In this document: positions 32,154 through 41,573 of the stretch, piece by piece
How the letters are laid out: each line of letters begins with the position of its first letter
Position numbering within the stretch: the first letter of the stretch is position 1
Assembly: GCA_963790995.1 (NCBI GenBank)
Contig: CAWBQQ010000001.1
Span: 2,911,380-2,975,379, forward strand
DNA: 64,000 bases
Reading direction: 5' to 3'
Source of the DNA: an uncultured Bacteroidota bacterium
GTDB lineage: Bacteria; Bacteroidota; Ignavibacteria; Kryptoniales; JAKASW01
The notes under the pieces: model-generated
Seen by the model: only the letters and a program-made list of their open reading frames with translations
The model's database searches: none
Told to the model about the DNA's origin: nothing
Translations under genes and position numbers: made by a program

Positions 32154-33149
32154 ATGGAACCAATAAATGAAACTATTCTGGATGTCCGCCATGATTGGAC
32201 AAAGGATGAAATATGCCATATTTATAATCTTCCGCTGCTTGAATTGATTTACAAGGCAGCTACAGTGCACAGGCAGCACCATGATCCATCGGAAGTGCAG
32301 GTGTGTTCACTCTTGTCTATCAAGACCGGCGGATGTTCGGAAGATTGCGGGTACTGCTCGCAGTCGGTGCATTATGACACCGGCGTTAAAGTCCAGCCGC
32401 TTCTCTCTTTTGACGAGGTCATGGATAAGGCGCGGTTGGCAAAGGATGCGGGCGCAACCCGTTTTTGCATGGGTGCCGCGTGGCGTGAAGTTCGCAACAA
32501 CAGGGATTTCGACCAGGTAATCGCTATTGTTAAAGCGGTGAACGATCTTGGACTTGAAGTTTGTGCGACGCTTGGGATGATTACCGAAGAGCAGGCGAAG
32601 AAATTGAAGGAAGCCGGTTTGTATGCCTATAACCATAACATCGACACCTCAGAAGGATTTTACAAAAAGATAATTACGACCCGGACTTACCATGATCGTC
32701 TGGAGACGATTAAAAATACGCGAAGGGCCGGTATTACCGTATGCTGCGGTGGAATTATAGGTATGGGCGAGTCGGAGGACGATCGCATTGCCATGCTGTT
32801 GACACTTGCGAATCTTGATCCGCATCCTGAATCCGTGCCGATAAATGCGCTCGTGCCGGTCGAAGGAACGCCGCTCGAAAATCAGATACCGGTGAACGCG
32901 TGGGAGTTCGCGAGGATGATCTCAACCGCGAGAATACTCATGCCGGGGTCGATGGTCAGGCTCTCTGCCGGACGGCTACAGCTTTCGCGGGAAGCACAGG
33001 CGTTGTGCTTCCTTGCGGGGGCAAATTCGATCTTCGCCGGAGACAAATTGCTGACGACGCCAAATCCGGACTTTGATGAGGATGAAAAACTGTTTGCATC
33101 GTTGGGATTAAGACCGAGAAAGCCTTTCCAGTCAGCAAATAGCTGCTGA
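32154..33149 (+). CDS. bioB: biotin synthase
   Basis: Radical-SAM motif [11 protein letters not shown], a YNHN block and a later [10 protein letters not shown] block. The ATG at 32154 is preferred over the TTG at 32148. Confidence 0.9.
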   Translation: MEPINETILDVRHDWTKDEICHIYNLPLLELIYKAATVHRQHHDPSEVQVCSLLSIKTGGCSEDCGYCSQSVHYDTGVKVQPLLSFDEVMDKARLAKDAGATRFCMGAAWREVRNNRDFDQVIAIVKAVNDLGLEVCATLGMITEEQAKKLKEAGLYAYNHNIDTSEGFYKKIITTRTYHDRLETIKNTRRAGITVCCGGIIGMGESEDDRIAMLLTLANLDPHPESVPINALVPVEGTPLENQIPVNAWEFARMISTARILMPGSMVRLSAGRLQLSREAQALCFLAGANSIFAGDKLLTTPNPDFDEDEKLFASLGLRPRKPFQSANSC

Positions 33150-33170
33150 CTCATGGATTATTGAGTAAAG

Positions 33171-34331
33171 ATGAACTCTATTGAAGAAAGACTTCGTCGG
33201 GAACTGGATGATAGAGGAAGGAATCATTCATTGCGCAGCCTCTGCTCTCCGGTTTCCGGCCCGCAGTCTCCCGGCTTGGTGGATTTTTGTTCAAATGATT
33301 ACTTAGGCTTCTCGCGCTCTGAGGTTCTGCGCGAGAGGATTCGGGAAGTAGAAAAAGAAGATACCGACGCGCCGATCGGCTCGACAGGATCGCGGCTCAT
33401 ATCAGGGAACACTCGTTTCTGTGAAGAGCTTGAGGAGCGCCTTGCCAGGTTCCATCATGCGGAAGCCGGGTTGATTTTCAATTCCGGTTACGATGCGAAC
33501 CTCGGAATATTTTCATCGATACCTCAAAGAACCGATACTATCCTTTACGACCGGCTTGTTCACGCTTCGATAAGAGACGGAATACGACTGAGCTTTGCCC
33601 GTGCATTTTCTTTTGAGCACAATGACGTCGAAGATTTGGAGCGAAGGCTCAAAGCCCCCGCGGGAAATATTTTCGTTGCGGTCGAGTCCATCTATTCAAT
33701 GGATGGCGACTGCGCGCCGCTGGTCGAGATGGCAAAGCTCTGCGCAGCCTACGACGCGAAGTTGATCGTAGACGAAGCGCATGCGACGGGGGTGTTCGGG
33801 AAATCCGGCGAAGGCAAAGTTTTCGAGTTAGGAATAGAAAAGGGAGTGTTTGCCCGGCTTCACACATTCGGAAAGGCATTAGGATGCCATGGTGCTATTG
33901 TGCTCGGGTCGACGGCGCTTCGCTCATACCTGATCAACTTTGCGCGTTCGTTTATTTTCACGACTGCACTGCCGTTTCACAGTTTGGTGTCTATCAAATG
34001 TGCATACGATCTTTTGAATTCAAGTGACGACGAACGAAATAGACTTAGAAACATGATTTCGTATTTTAAGGGCAAGATTAGTCCGGCTGTGTATAAAAGA
34101 ACGATCGCGAGTGGGAGCGCTATACAAAGCGTCATTGTTCCGGGGAATGACTGCGTAAAATCTGTCGCGGGAAATCTTCAGGAAGCAGGATTCGACGTTC
34201 GTGCGATAATGCATCCGACAGTTCCGGAGGGAAGCGAGAGGCTCAGGATTTGTCTCCATGCTTTTAACACAGAAATCGAAGTTGATGGGCTAATAAAAGC
34301 TATGGGCCATCAGCTGCAAGAGATCGGCTGA
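33171..34331 (+). CDS. bioF: 8-amino-7-oxononanoate synthase
   Basis: Class-II aminotransferase fold, with DEAHATGVFG and the PLP-Lys block TFGKALG. It lies between bioB and bioD. Confidence 0.85.
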   Translation: MNSIEERLRRELDDRGRNHSLRSLCSPVSGPQSPGLVDFCSNDYLGFSRSEVLRERIREVEKEDTDAPIGSTGSRLISGNTRFCEELEERLARFHHAEAGLIFNSGYDANLGIFSSIPQRTDTILYDRLVHASIRDGIRLSFARAFSFEHNDVEDLERRLKAPAGNIFVAVESIYSMDGDCAPLVEMAKLCAAYDAKLIVDEAHATGVFGKSGEGKVFELGIEKGVFARLHTFGKALGCHGAIVLGSTALRSYLINFARSFIFTTALPFHSLVSIKCAYDLLNSSDDERNRLRNMISYFKGKISPAVYKRTIASGSAIQSVIVPGNDCVKSVAGNLQEAGFDVRAIMHPTVPEGSERLRICLHAFNTEIEVDGLIKAMGHQLQEIG

Positions 34332-34336
34332 TTCTC

Positions 34337-34963
34337 ATGAGAAAGATATTTGTCACGGGAATCCACACGGGGATCGGAAAGACGGTCGTGTCGGCAATAC
34401 TTGCCGAGGCTCTCGAAGCAGATTATTGGAAGCCGGTGCAGGCAGGAGACCTGAAGAATTCCGACACCATGGCGGTGAAAAAGCTCGTCTCCAATTCGGT
34501 GACAACCTTTCACCCGGAAGCTTATCGCTTGACGAAGGCGCTCTCACCGCATACTGCGGCTGCAATCGATGGTATCACCATCGACTTGAATAAAATTGTG
34601 GCTTCGGTTCCCGTCACGGCAAAAAGGTGTCTAATAATTGAAGGAGCAGGCGGCGCAATGTCGCCTGTCAATAATTCGGCAGTTGTGATCGACTTGATAA
34701 AGCGACTTAATGCGGAAGCAATCATTGTCTCGAGACATTACCTCGGCAGTATCAACCACACGCTCCTAACGGTTGAATCCATTCTGCGGAAAGGAATTCC
34801 GCTGCTTGGGATTATTTTTAATGGCGGAGCGAACAAAAGCTCGGACGATTTTATTATGAATTATTCAAAGGCAAAACTGCTTGGCTTTGTCAACGAGGAA
34901 AAAGTCATCAACAAAGCAGTCATTAGAAAATATGCCGGGGCGTTCAGGCATGTCGTTGACTAA
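34337..34963 (+). CDS. bioD: dethiobiotin synthetase
   Basis: P-loop block IFVTGIHTGIGKTVVSA, then YWKPVQAG and IIEGAGG. Confidence 0.85.
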   Translation: MRKIFVTGIHTGIGKTVVSAILAEALEADYWKPVQAGDLKNSDTMAVKKLVSNSVTTFHPEAYRLTKALSPHTAAAIDGITIDLNKIVASVPVTAKRCLIIEGAGGAMSPVNNSAVVIDLIKRLNAEAIIVSRHYLGSINHTLLTVESILRKGIPLLGIIFNGGANKSSDDFIMNYSKAKLLGFVNEEKVINKAVIRKYAGAFRHVVD

Positions 34964-36244
34964 ATGAATCTTTCCGAGCGCGACGAAAAAGTAATATGGC
35001 ATCCTTACACCCAGATGCAGACAGCGGGATTACCTGTCGCGATTGTGCGCGGTGAAGGTGCGCGCCTTTATGATGAGCAGGGGAAAGAATACATCGACGC
35101 GATTTCGTCATGGTGGGTAAACGTGCACGGTCACGCGAATCCTTACATCGCTCAAAAGGTTTCCGAGCAGCTTCGAACTCTTGAGCATGTTATCTTTGCC
35201 GGTTTCACGCACCAGCCGGCGGTAGAGCTTGCCGAGCGATTGCTCAAAGTATTGCCACGAAATCAGTCGCGTATCTTCTATTCCGATGACGGATCGACGG
35301 CTGTTGAAGTCGCCATAAAGATGGCGCTGCAGTATTGGTACAACAAGGGGGTTAGTAAGAAGACGATAATTGCTTTCCGAAATTCATACCATGGTGACAC
35401 GTTCGGTGCAATGTCAGTGAGCGAACGCGATGTATTTACGGCGCCGTTTCGTGACCTGCTGTTCAACGTGATTTTTATCGACACGCCGGTGAAAGGCAAG
35501 GAAGAAGAGTCGCTTGACCAACTGGACCATGCGCTTGAAAAGGAGGCTGCGGCGGCTTTTATCTTTGAACCGCTCCTGCAAGGTTCGGGCGGTATGATCG
35601 TATATGATGCGGCTCCGTTGGATGAGCTTATCCGTTTCTGTCGCGAAAAAGGAATTCCGACGATTGCCGACGAAGTCCTGACTGGATTTGGGAGAACGGG
35701 GAAATTCTTTGCTTCCGACTATTTGAAGAATAAGCCGGACATCGTTTGCATGTCGAAAGGAATCACAGGCGGCACGATGCCTCTTGGCGCGACCTCATGC
35801 ACGGAAGAAATTTATAGCGCGTTTTTTTCCGATGATAGGAGAAAAGCATTCTTCCATGGCCATTCATATACAGGGAATCCTCTGGCGTGTTCTGCGGCAC
35901 TGGCGAGCATGGATTTATTCGAGAAATCGGAGACATGGAGCAATATTCGGCGGATTGAATCGAGGCATAGGGAATTCTTGTCGAAGATTTGTAGCCACCC
36001 GAGCGTTGAAAAGCCGAGGCAAATTGGAACTATCGTGGCTTTTGATGTGAAGACCGGCGAACAAACATCTTATCTTAATCCGCTGCGTGACAAGATGAGT
36101 GATTTTTGCTTGCACCATGGTGTTATCATTCGGCCTTTAGGAAATATCGTCTATCTTCTGCCTCCGTATTGTATTTCCGATGGGGAGTTGGAGAAGGTAC
36201 ATGATACAATTGGTGCTATGCTGGATGAGGTGAGCAGTTGGTGA
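34964..36244 (+). CDS. bioA: adenosylmethionine-8-amino-7-oxononanoate aminotransferase
   Basis: Class-III aminotransferase with the blocks WHPYTQM, DEVLTGFGRTG and MSKGITGG. The start abuts the bioD stop. Confidence 0.9.
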   Translation: MNLSERDEKVIWHPYTQMQTAGLPVAIVRGEGARLYDEQGKEYIDAISSWWVNVHGHANPYIAQKVSEQLRTLEHVIFAGFTHQPAVELAERLLKVLPRNQSRIFYSDDGSTAVEVAIKMALQYWYNKGVSKKTIIAFRNSYHGDTFGAMSVSERDVFTAPFRDLLFNVIFIDTPVKGKEEESLDQLDHALEKEAAAAFIFEPLLQGSGGMIVYDAAPLDELIRFCREKGIPTIADEVLTGFGRTGKFFASDYLKNKPDIVCMSKGITGGTMPLGATSCTEEIYSAFFSDDRRKAFFHGHSYTGNPLACSAALASMDLFEKSETWSNIRRIESRHREFLSKICSHPSVEKPRQIGTIVAFDVKTGEQTSYLNPLRDKMSDFCLHHGVIIRPLGNIVYLLPPYCISDGELEKVHDTIGAMLDEVSSW

Positions 36245-37467
36245 CAAAAGACGAACGCCAGATCGCCATCACCGGTATGGGCTCCATCTCACCGCTCGGC
36301 TCAGGTGCGGATGAGGTTTGGAAATCTTACCAACGCGGTGAATCATTTCTCAAACCGGCATCATTTAATGGCGAGAATCTGCCGGTTGGAAGGCTGTCAA
36401 CACAATCTCAGAATTTACTAAATGCAATCGGGCTGGAAGAGGATTATCATCAGTATCTGGACAGGACGGTGTTGATGGCAATGCACTGTGCGCGCGAAGC
36501 AGTGGAACAGGCGGGATGGAAAAAAGAGGGCGGAGGCAGGAAACTGAAAACCGGAGTAAACGTTGGTTCCTCGCGTGGAGCGACTGAACTTCTTGAAAAA
36601 CATCATGCCGATTATCTTGCAAATCCGTCCAAGCGCCTTTCGCCGCTCACATCACCGACGACAACTCTCGGCAATATTTCAAGCAGCGTCGCCCATGATA
36701 TTGAGGAAGATGGTCCGGCAATCAGTCACTCAGTTACGTGCAGCACGGCGCTCTATGCCGTGTTCAATGGAATCGCATGGATGCGTGCCGGCATGGCCGA
36801 CAGGTTTATCGTTGGGGGAGCTGAAGCGCCGCTGACCGGATTCACGATTGCGCAGATGAAAGCGCTAAGAATTTACACGAGTGATGTCAACGTCCAGTAT
36901 CCATCCAGGCCGTGTTCGTCGGAAATGCCGCTTCATGATACAATCGCGCTGGGAGAAGGTGCAGCTCTTTTTGCGCTTGAAATGCTGACAAGTGAAGAGC
37001 CGGAAAATCGGAGAGGGAATATTCTCGGAGTCATAGAATCGTATGGCTATGCTCAAGAGAATTCAAAGACACCCACTGCAATCACCGACGAGGGAGATGC
37101 GCTGCAAAAATCTATGATAATGGCTTTGGAGGATATGCGGGCGGCCGATCCTGTCAACCTGGTAATCCTTCACGCGCCGGGCACGATCAAAGGCGATGCA
37201 AGCGAGCTGAATGCCTTGAATGCAGTTTTTGGAAATGATATGCCCGTCCTTGTTTCAAACAAATGGTTTGTCGGACACACCTTCGGGGCTTCTGCCGCGC
37301 TAAGTCTCGAGTATGCACTCCTGATTCTCGCCAAAGATAGCTATGTTGATTTTCCTTATCCGGTAGTATTTAAAAATAGAAGCAGATCCGTGAGAAAGAT
37401 CATGGTAAACGCCGCAGGCTTTGGAGGCAATGCGGCGAGCTTGATAGTCTCGAAGCTGCGCGATTAG
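36241..37467 (+). CDS. KAS I/II (FabB/FabF)-like beta-ketoacyl synthase, last gene of the bio operon
   Basis: It has IAITGMGSISPLG, the active-site Cys in VTCSTALYA, HAPGTIKGDASE and SNKWFVGHTFGASAA, so the Cys-His-His triad plus Lys is retained. Its GTG start overlaps the bioA stop (GTGA). Confidence 0.7.
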   Translation: MTKDERQIAITGMGSISPLGSGADEVWKSYQRGESFLKPASFNGENLPVGRLSTQSQNLLNAIGLEEDYHQYLDRTVLMAMHCAREAVEQAGWKKEGGGRKLKTGVNVGSSRGATELLEKHHADYLANPSKRLSPLTSPTTTLGNISSSVAHDIEEDGPAISHSVTCSTALYAVFNGIAWMRAGMADRFIVGGAEAPLTGFTIAQMKALRIYTSDVNVQYPSRPCSSEMPLHDTIALGEGAALFALEMLTSEEPENRRGNILGVIESYGYAQENSKTPTAITDEGDALQKSMIMALEDMRAADPVNLVILHAPGTIKGDASELNALNAVFGNDMPVLVSNKWFVGHTFGASAALSLEYALLILAKDSYVDFPYPVVFKNRSRSVRKIMVNAAGFGGNAASLIVSKLRD

Positions 37468-37602
37468 TACGACGGCACATGTCAGTATTTGACGCCTAAA
37501 GCAAAACAGAAGGCCGCACTTTACACGCAACCTGCTGCTCATGTCATGTGTTAAGGATATAAATCTATTATATATCTTTCGCGGTCCACAAAGGTACTAA
37601 AT

Positions 37603-38169
37603 CTAATAACCTGCCGGTATCGGGTGTGCTATTTTTGCGCTGTTGACAGAGAAATCAAATCCATGATAGAACGGGCTTTCCTGATTATGACACTTGATGC
37701 AGGCTTCCTGTGTCGGCATGATCAAACCGACCTGTGCCGCATCGACGGTCTTGTCGTGTATGCCTTTCATGGTGGACATCTTCCAATAATCGCTCGCCGG
37801 ACCATGGCATGTTTCGCATTGCACTCCTTGCGCCGGATCGAACGAAGCTTCGAACATGCTTGCGGGCTGACCGTATCCGGTTTCGTGGCATTTCAAACAT
37901 TGAGGGGCTTTTTGCGGATCATCTATTCCTCGCGCTTTGGCAACTGCCTTCGCAGTGTCCGAGCCTAAATCGGCGAACGCTTGAGCATGTCTTGATGCTT
38001 CCCATGTCTTGAACTGAGCGCCTATTTTATCAGCACTGTGACACAACTTGCATTTACCGGCCCCCACGTATTTGTGAGTGCTGTCTGCCGGGGCTGACTG
38101 CGCGAACGTCAAGCTCACTCCGAGCATGAAAACAAAAACGAGAATCAACAGGATTACGATTCGTTTCAT
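37603..38169 (-). CDS. tetrahaem c-type cytochrome (periplasmic)
   Basis: Signal peptide and four CxxCH motifs (CKLCH, CLKCH, CETCH, CIKCH). The start overlaps the upstream stop by 4 nt. Confidence 0.75.
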   Translation of the reverse strand: MKRIVILLILVFVFMLGVSLTFAQSAPADSTHKYVGAGKCKLCHSADKIGAQFKTWEASRHAQAFADLGSDTAKAVAKARGIDDPQKAPQCLKCHETGYGQPASMFEASFDPAQGVQCETCHGPASDYWKMSTMKGIHDKTVDAAQVGLIMPTQEACIKCHNQESPFYHGFDFSVNSAKIAHPIPAGY

Positions 38170-38480
38170 CGTTTTGACTTCCTTTCTATTTGTCTAATCT
38201 TTAGGTATAAAAGAACTACGAGAAGAGTAATAACTAAAGTCGCAATTCCGAGGCCGTGTCTTCTGAAATAATATTCATATATTGCGCCCAGAGCGCTTTT
38301 CTGTGCATCTGCGACTATCTGCAAGCCTGGTTGAGCTGCCGATAAGAGTGGAGCAATCGCGAATGCATGAACCTGCACTCGAGCTTCAACTAATGATTGG
38401 TTGACATCCTTTAGTGAATAGCTCGCATCAGAGACATCCATTCCGAGTTGTTCCGCATGCTCTATAAGCATCGTGGGCAT
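38166..38480 (-). CDS. helical segment with C-terminal TM anchor, probably the frameshifted C-terminus of the 11-haem cytochrome
   Basis: A 104-aa ORF overlaps the 3' end of ORF 38428-39645 by 53 nt in another frame. It ends in a TM helix (LGIATLVITLLVVLLYL). Removing one base near 38462-38475 fuses the frames as ..GRKDAHD|LIEHAEQLGMDVS.. Confidence 0.4.
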   Translation of the reverse strand: MPTMLIEHAEQLGMDVSDASYSLKDVNQSLVEARVQVHAFAIAPLLSAAQPGLQIVADAQKSALGAIYEYYFRRHGLGIATLVITLLVVLLYLKIRQIERKSKR

Positions 38481-39645
38481 CTTTCCTTCCGTTGGTGAGA
38501 CTATCCAATACTTCTTTCATTTTCAGGATCGATGCTGAAGCAGAGTCGGAAACATTATCCTTGTGACACTTTCCGCAAACTGAGCTGCTGCCGAAACCAA
38601 CCAGGTCGTCGGTGGGAGGCCTCACGAGATGATTGCTGTGGCAGACGACGCAGCCGGGCAGCTTTTCCTTTGCAAATGCAGCTCTGTGAACACTCTTATC
38701 GAACAGGTCGGCATTAGCCTGGTGGCAGGTTCCGCAGACAGATGCAACCGAAGAAACGCCGGGCGGAACAGCGCCATGGTTTCCATGACACGAATTGCAC
38801 GCCGGGGCGCTTAAGTCGGAATTCTGCAGCAGCGCTATGCCGTGAACGCTTTGTTTGTAATTTTCATACTGGTCGGTCGGAATGTGATATTGTGCCATGT
38901 AAGATTTGCTGCTGTGACACCTGGAGCATGTTTGAGGAACGTTTGTCGGATAGACAGGTGATCGCGGATCCTTCACCGGCCTTATCAAATGATTCGAGTG
39001 GCAGCTGACGCAGGTCGCAGGTTTAGGATCGCCGGCAGTATTTCTCTTGCCGTGAACGCTCGTAAGATATTTTTCATACTGGTCCACTGGAAGCTCCGGA
39101 TTGAACTTCTTCATGTAATCGGGATTGCTGTGGCATTTCGCGCACGTTTTCGGCACATTAGTCGGATAGACCGGCGAGCGCTTGTCGTTCACATTTACAA
39201 TGTTATGCACTCCGTGGCAGGAAATGCATTGGGGGCCATCGCTGCTCTGACTCAAAGCTCTGCCATGGATGCTTGCCATGAAATCGTCCATGACATCATT
39301 CAAATGAAAATTCGACTTGAAGGTTGTTTCGCCTGGCCCATGGCATTTGCCGCATATTTGAGGAATTGCAGCCGGTTTCGGAACACCGATGTAACCTTTT
39401 GCCGGACTCATCGCTGCGTCCTGATCTTCGCTTGTCGGATCTCCACCGTGGCAGTCAGCACATGTGACGCCCGCCTTGAAGTGGATGTCGTCTGTGTATG
39501 CCGCGGCTTCGCTGCCGCCTATCTCGTTATGACAATCGTAGCATTTATCGACGGCGACTTTCTGCTGCGCACGCGTCGCCGGGGCCATTGATAGATAAAG
39601 AGAAGTCTGGATAACAAATAGCAGCATCACCCGTTTCATCATCAT
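38428..39645 (-). CDS. undecahaem c-type cytochrome
   Basis: Signal peptide and 11 CxxCH motifs counted by eye (CYDCH, CADCH, CGKCH, CISCH, CAKCH, CVSCH, CSRCH, CNSCH, CGTCH, CVVCH, CGKCH). The internal repeat ..RSPVYPTNVP.TC..CHS.. occurs twice. Confidence 0.8.
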   Translation of the reverse strand: MMMKRVMLLFVIQTSLYLSMAPATRAQQKVAVDKCYDCHNEIGGSEAAAYTDDIHFKAGVTCADCHGGDPTSEDQDAAMSPAKGYIGVPKPAAIPQICGKCHGPGETTFKSNFHLNDVMDDFMASIHGRALSQSSDGPQCISCHGVHNIVNVNDKRSPVYPTNVPKTCAKCHSNPDYMKKFNPELPVDQYEKYLTSVHGKRNTAGDPKPATCVSCHSNHLIRPVKDPRSPVYPTNVPQTCSRCHSSKSYMAQYHIPTDQYENYKQSVHGIALLQNSDLSAPACNSCHGNHGAVPPGVSSVASVCGTCHQANADLFDKSVHRAAFAKEKLPGCVVCHSNHLVRPPTDDLVGFGSSSVCGKCHKDNVSDSASASILKMKEVLDSLTNGRKDAHDAYRACGTTRNGCL

Positions 39646-40715
39646 CGGGCTCCTATTATGGTTAGGACTATCATATAAAGTACCACACCGATTCCCGCAT
39701 AGTTGATGATCTTATTCCGGGAACCTTTCGGCGTCTTGGAATCCCAGAAAGGTATCAAAAACCACAAGAGGCCTGCCAGCCCGAAGAGGCTTACTCCGAC
39801 AACCTCGCCGTCAAGGGTCAGAATTTTTGCAGGGAAAAACTTCAATGATTGGAACATGAACAGGAAATACCACTCCGGCCTTATTCCCATCGGGGCCGAC
39901 GCGAAAGGATCGGCTTTGTTGCCGAGTTCCCAGGGAAAATAAACTGCCAGGATTGCGAGCACATTCAAAACTATCAGCCAGAGAAGAACGTCGCGCATTA
40001 CAAAATTAGGGAAGAACGGAATGTGCTTCTTTTTCGATTCGGGAAGATGCTTCCACGATTCCGGTTCACTGATCCCCTGTACTTGTATGAACAGCAGATG
40101 CATCGCGAGGACGACGGTAAAAATTGCAGGGAGAACCGCGACGTGCAGTCCGAAAAAGCGCGTCAGTGTTGCTGTTGTCACGTCATTGCCGTTGCGAAGA
40201 AGCTTTACCATGGGCTGGCCGATGACCGGGATCACCCCGACTATTTCTGTGCCGACTTTTGTAGCGAAGTACGACAACGTGTTCCACGGCAGGAGATAGC
40301 CGCTGAAACCGAACGTCAGGCAAAGTGCGAACAGGAGAAACCCGCTGTACCATGTTAATTCTCTCGGGGCGCGAAATGCTTTCGTGAAGTACACGGAAAA
40401 CATGTGAATCAAAACCGAGAGTATCATCAGGTTTGCCGACCAGCTGTGAATGGACCTGATGAGCCACCCGAACTGGACCTTGGTAACGATGAAGCGGACG
40501 CTTTCGTAGGCGGTCTGTGCACCCGGTTGGTAATACATGAGGAGTAGAATTCCGGTCACAACCTGCACTATGAAAAGAAACAAGCTGACGCCGCCGAAAT
40601 AATACCAGAAGGAGCCCCTGAACTGCGGTACCTTTTTCTCGTCTGCGAAATGCCGGATAAAGCCTAAGTTATAACGTTCGTCGAGCCAGCGCATTAACTT
40701 TGAATTATTATTCAT
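39642..40715 (-). CDS. cytochrome b (fused b6 plus subunit-IV-like) of a Rieske/cyt b complex
   Basis: It has FWYYFGG, the haem-ligand His in IRSIHSWSANLMI...IHMF, and a PEWY-type motif (RPEWYFLFMFQ). The start is placed at ATG 40715, behind GGAG. Confidence 0.85.
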   Translation of the reverse strand: MNNNSKLMRWLDERYNLGFIRHFADEKKVPQFRGSFWYYFGGVSLFLFIVQVVTGILLLMYYQPGAQTAYESVRFIVTKVQFGWLIRSIHSWSANLMILSVLIHMFSVYFTKAFRAPRELTWYSGFLLFALCLTFGFSGYLLPWNTLSYFATKVGTEIVGVIPVIGQPMVKLLRNGNDVTTATLTRFFGLHVAVLPAIFTVVLAMHLLFIQVQGISEPESWKHLPESKKKHIPFFPNFVMRDVLLWLIVLNVLAILAVYFPWELGNKADPFASAPMGIRPEWYFLFMFQSLKFFPAKILTLDGEVVGVSLFGLAGLLWFLIPFWDSKTPKGSRNKIINYAGIGVVLYMIVLTIIGAR

Positions 40716-40725
40716 CTCCAGCTCC

Positions 40726-41172
40726 TTAGCTCTTCGACACAATTATGTTGTCGCCTTGAACTGCTAATTTATATTCCTGGAGCGGTCGCGGAGGCGGGCC
40801 GGCAATGTTCCTGCCGTTTAAGTCGTATTCACCGCCATGGCAGGCGCAGTATATCTTTTCCATGTCAGGGCGGTATTGGACTGTGCATTGCAAATGAGTA
40901 CACACTGCACTGAACGCCCGCAGCTTGCCGTCCGGGGTGTCCACAAGAATCGCCGGTTCGTTTCCAAATCTGAATACTTTTCCCGAATTAGGCTTGATAT
41001 CTTTGATCGAGCCGGCGACAACACTTGATGGAGCGGCTTCGGTTTGTCTGGGAACCTTAAAGTATTCCACTATCGGGTAGAGGACTGCTGTAAGCCATGC
41101 CAGTAATCCGAAACCCAGAAGGTAATCGAGAAATGTTCGACGTGATATCTCCTTATTCTCAGGAACGTTCAT
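40726..41172 (-). CDS. Rieske [2Fe-2S] protein
   Basis: N-terminal TM/Tat-like anchor, with the cluster ligands in CTHLQC and CACHGG. Confidence 0.85.
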   Translation of the reverse strand: MNVPENKEISRRTFLDYLLGFGLLAWLTAVLYPIVEYFKVPRQTEAAPSSVVAGSIKDIKPNSGKVFRFGNEPAILVDTPDGKLRAFSAVCTHLQCTVQYRPDMEKIYCACHGGEYDLNGRNIAGPPPRPLQEYKLAVQGDNIIVSKS

Positions 41173-41573
41173 GCGCTGCCTTGTTTTACTGATCTGATCC
41201 AGCAGTGAGTCGCTGCCGCGTTACGTGGTACATGTGCTGACTCTTCTAACTTAACATATCTTATTCGTTTTGAAGAAATTATAGTTTTCGATCGGCAAAA
41301 ATGCGAAGCTTGAAAATCTATATTGAGAAAAAATAAAGAAGCCTTCCGGAATGACAAAAACATTGGAATAAGGATTTGCCTACGAAAATGCATCTCCTGG
41401 CTATACTCTGTTTGGGTAAAGCAATGGTTATGCCGCTGAGAAGCGCCAATTTCATTTAAATCCTCGACGGAATCAATATCGTGCGACAAATTGCCAACAG
41501 TGATTGCATATGTGGAGTCAAAATTCCACCCGTCACTGCTGCTTCCCGGGATAAAGTGGAAATGGAGTTTCAT
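41169..41573 (-). CDS. hypothetical protein (doubtful)
   Basis: A 134-aa ORF fills the whole gap between the DUF2339-like gene and the Rieske gene, with ATGA overlaps at both ends. It has no recognisable motif and an odd composition, and the region is AT-rich. Confidence 0.25.
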   Translation of the reverse strand: MKLHFHFIPGSSSDGWNFDSTYAITVGNLSHDIDSVEDLNEIGASQRHNHCFTQTEYSQEMHFRRQILIPMFLSFRKASLFFLNIDFQASHFCRSKTIISSKRIRYVKLEESAHVPRNAAATHCWIRSVKQGSA

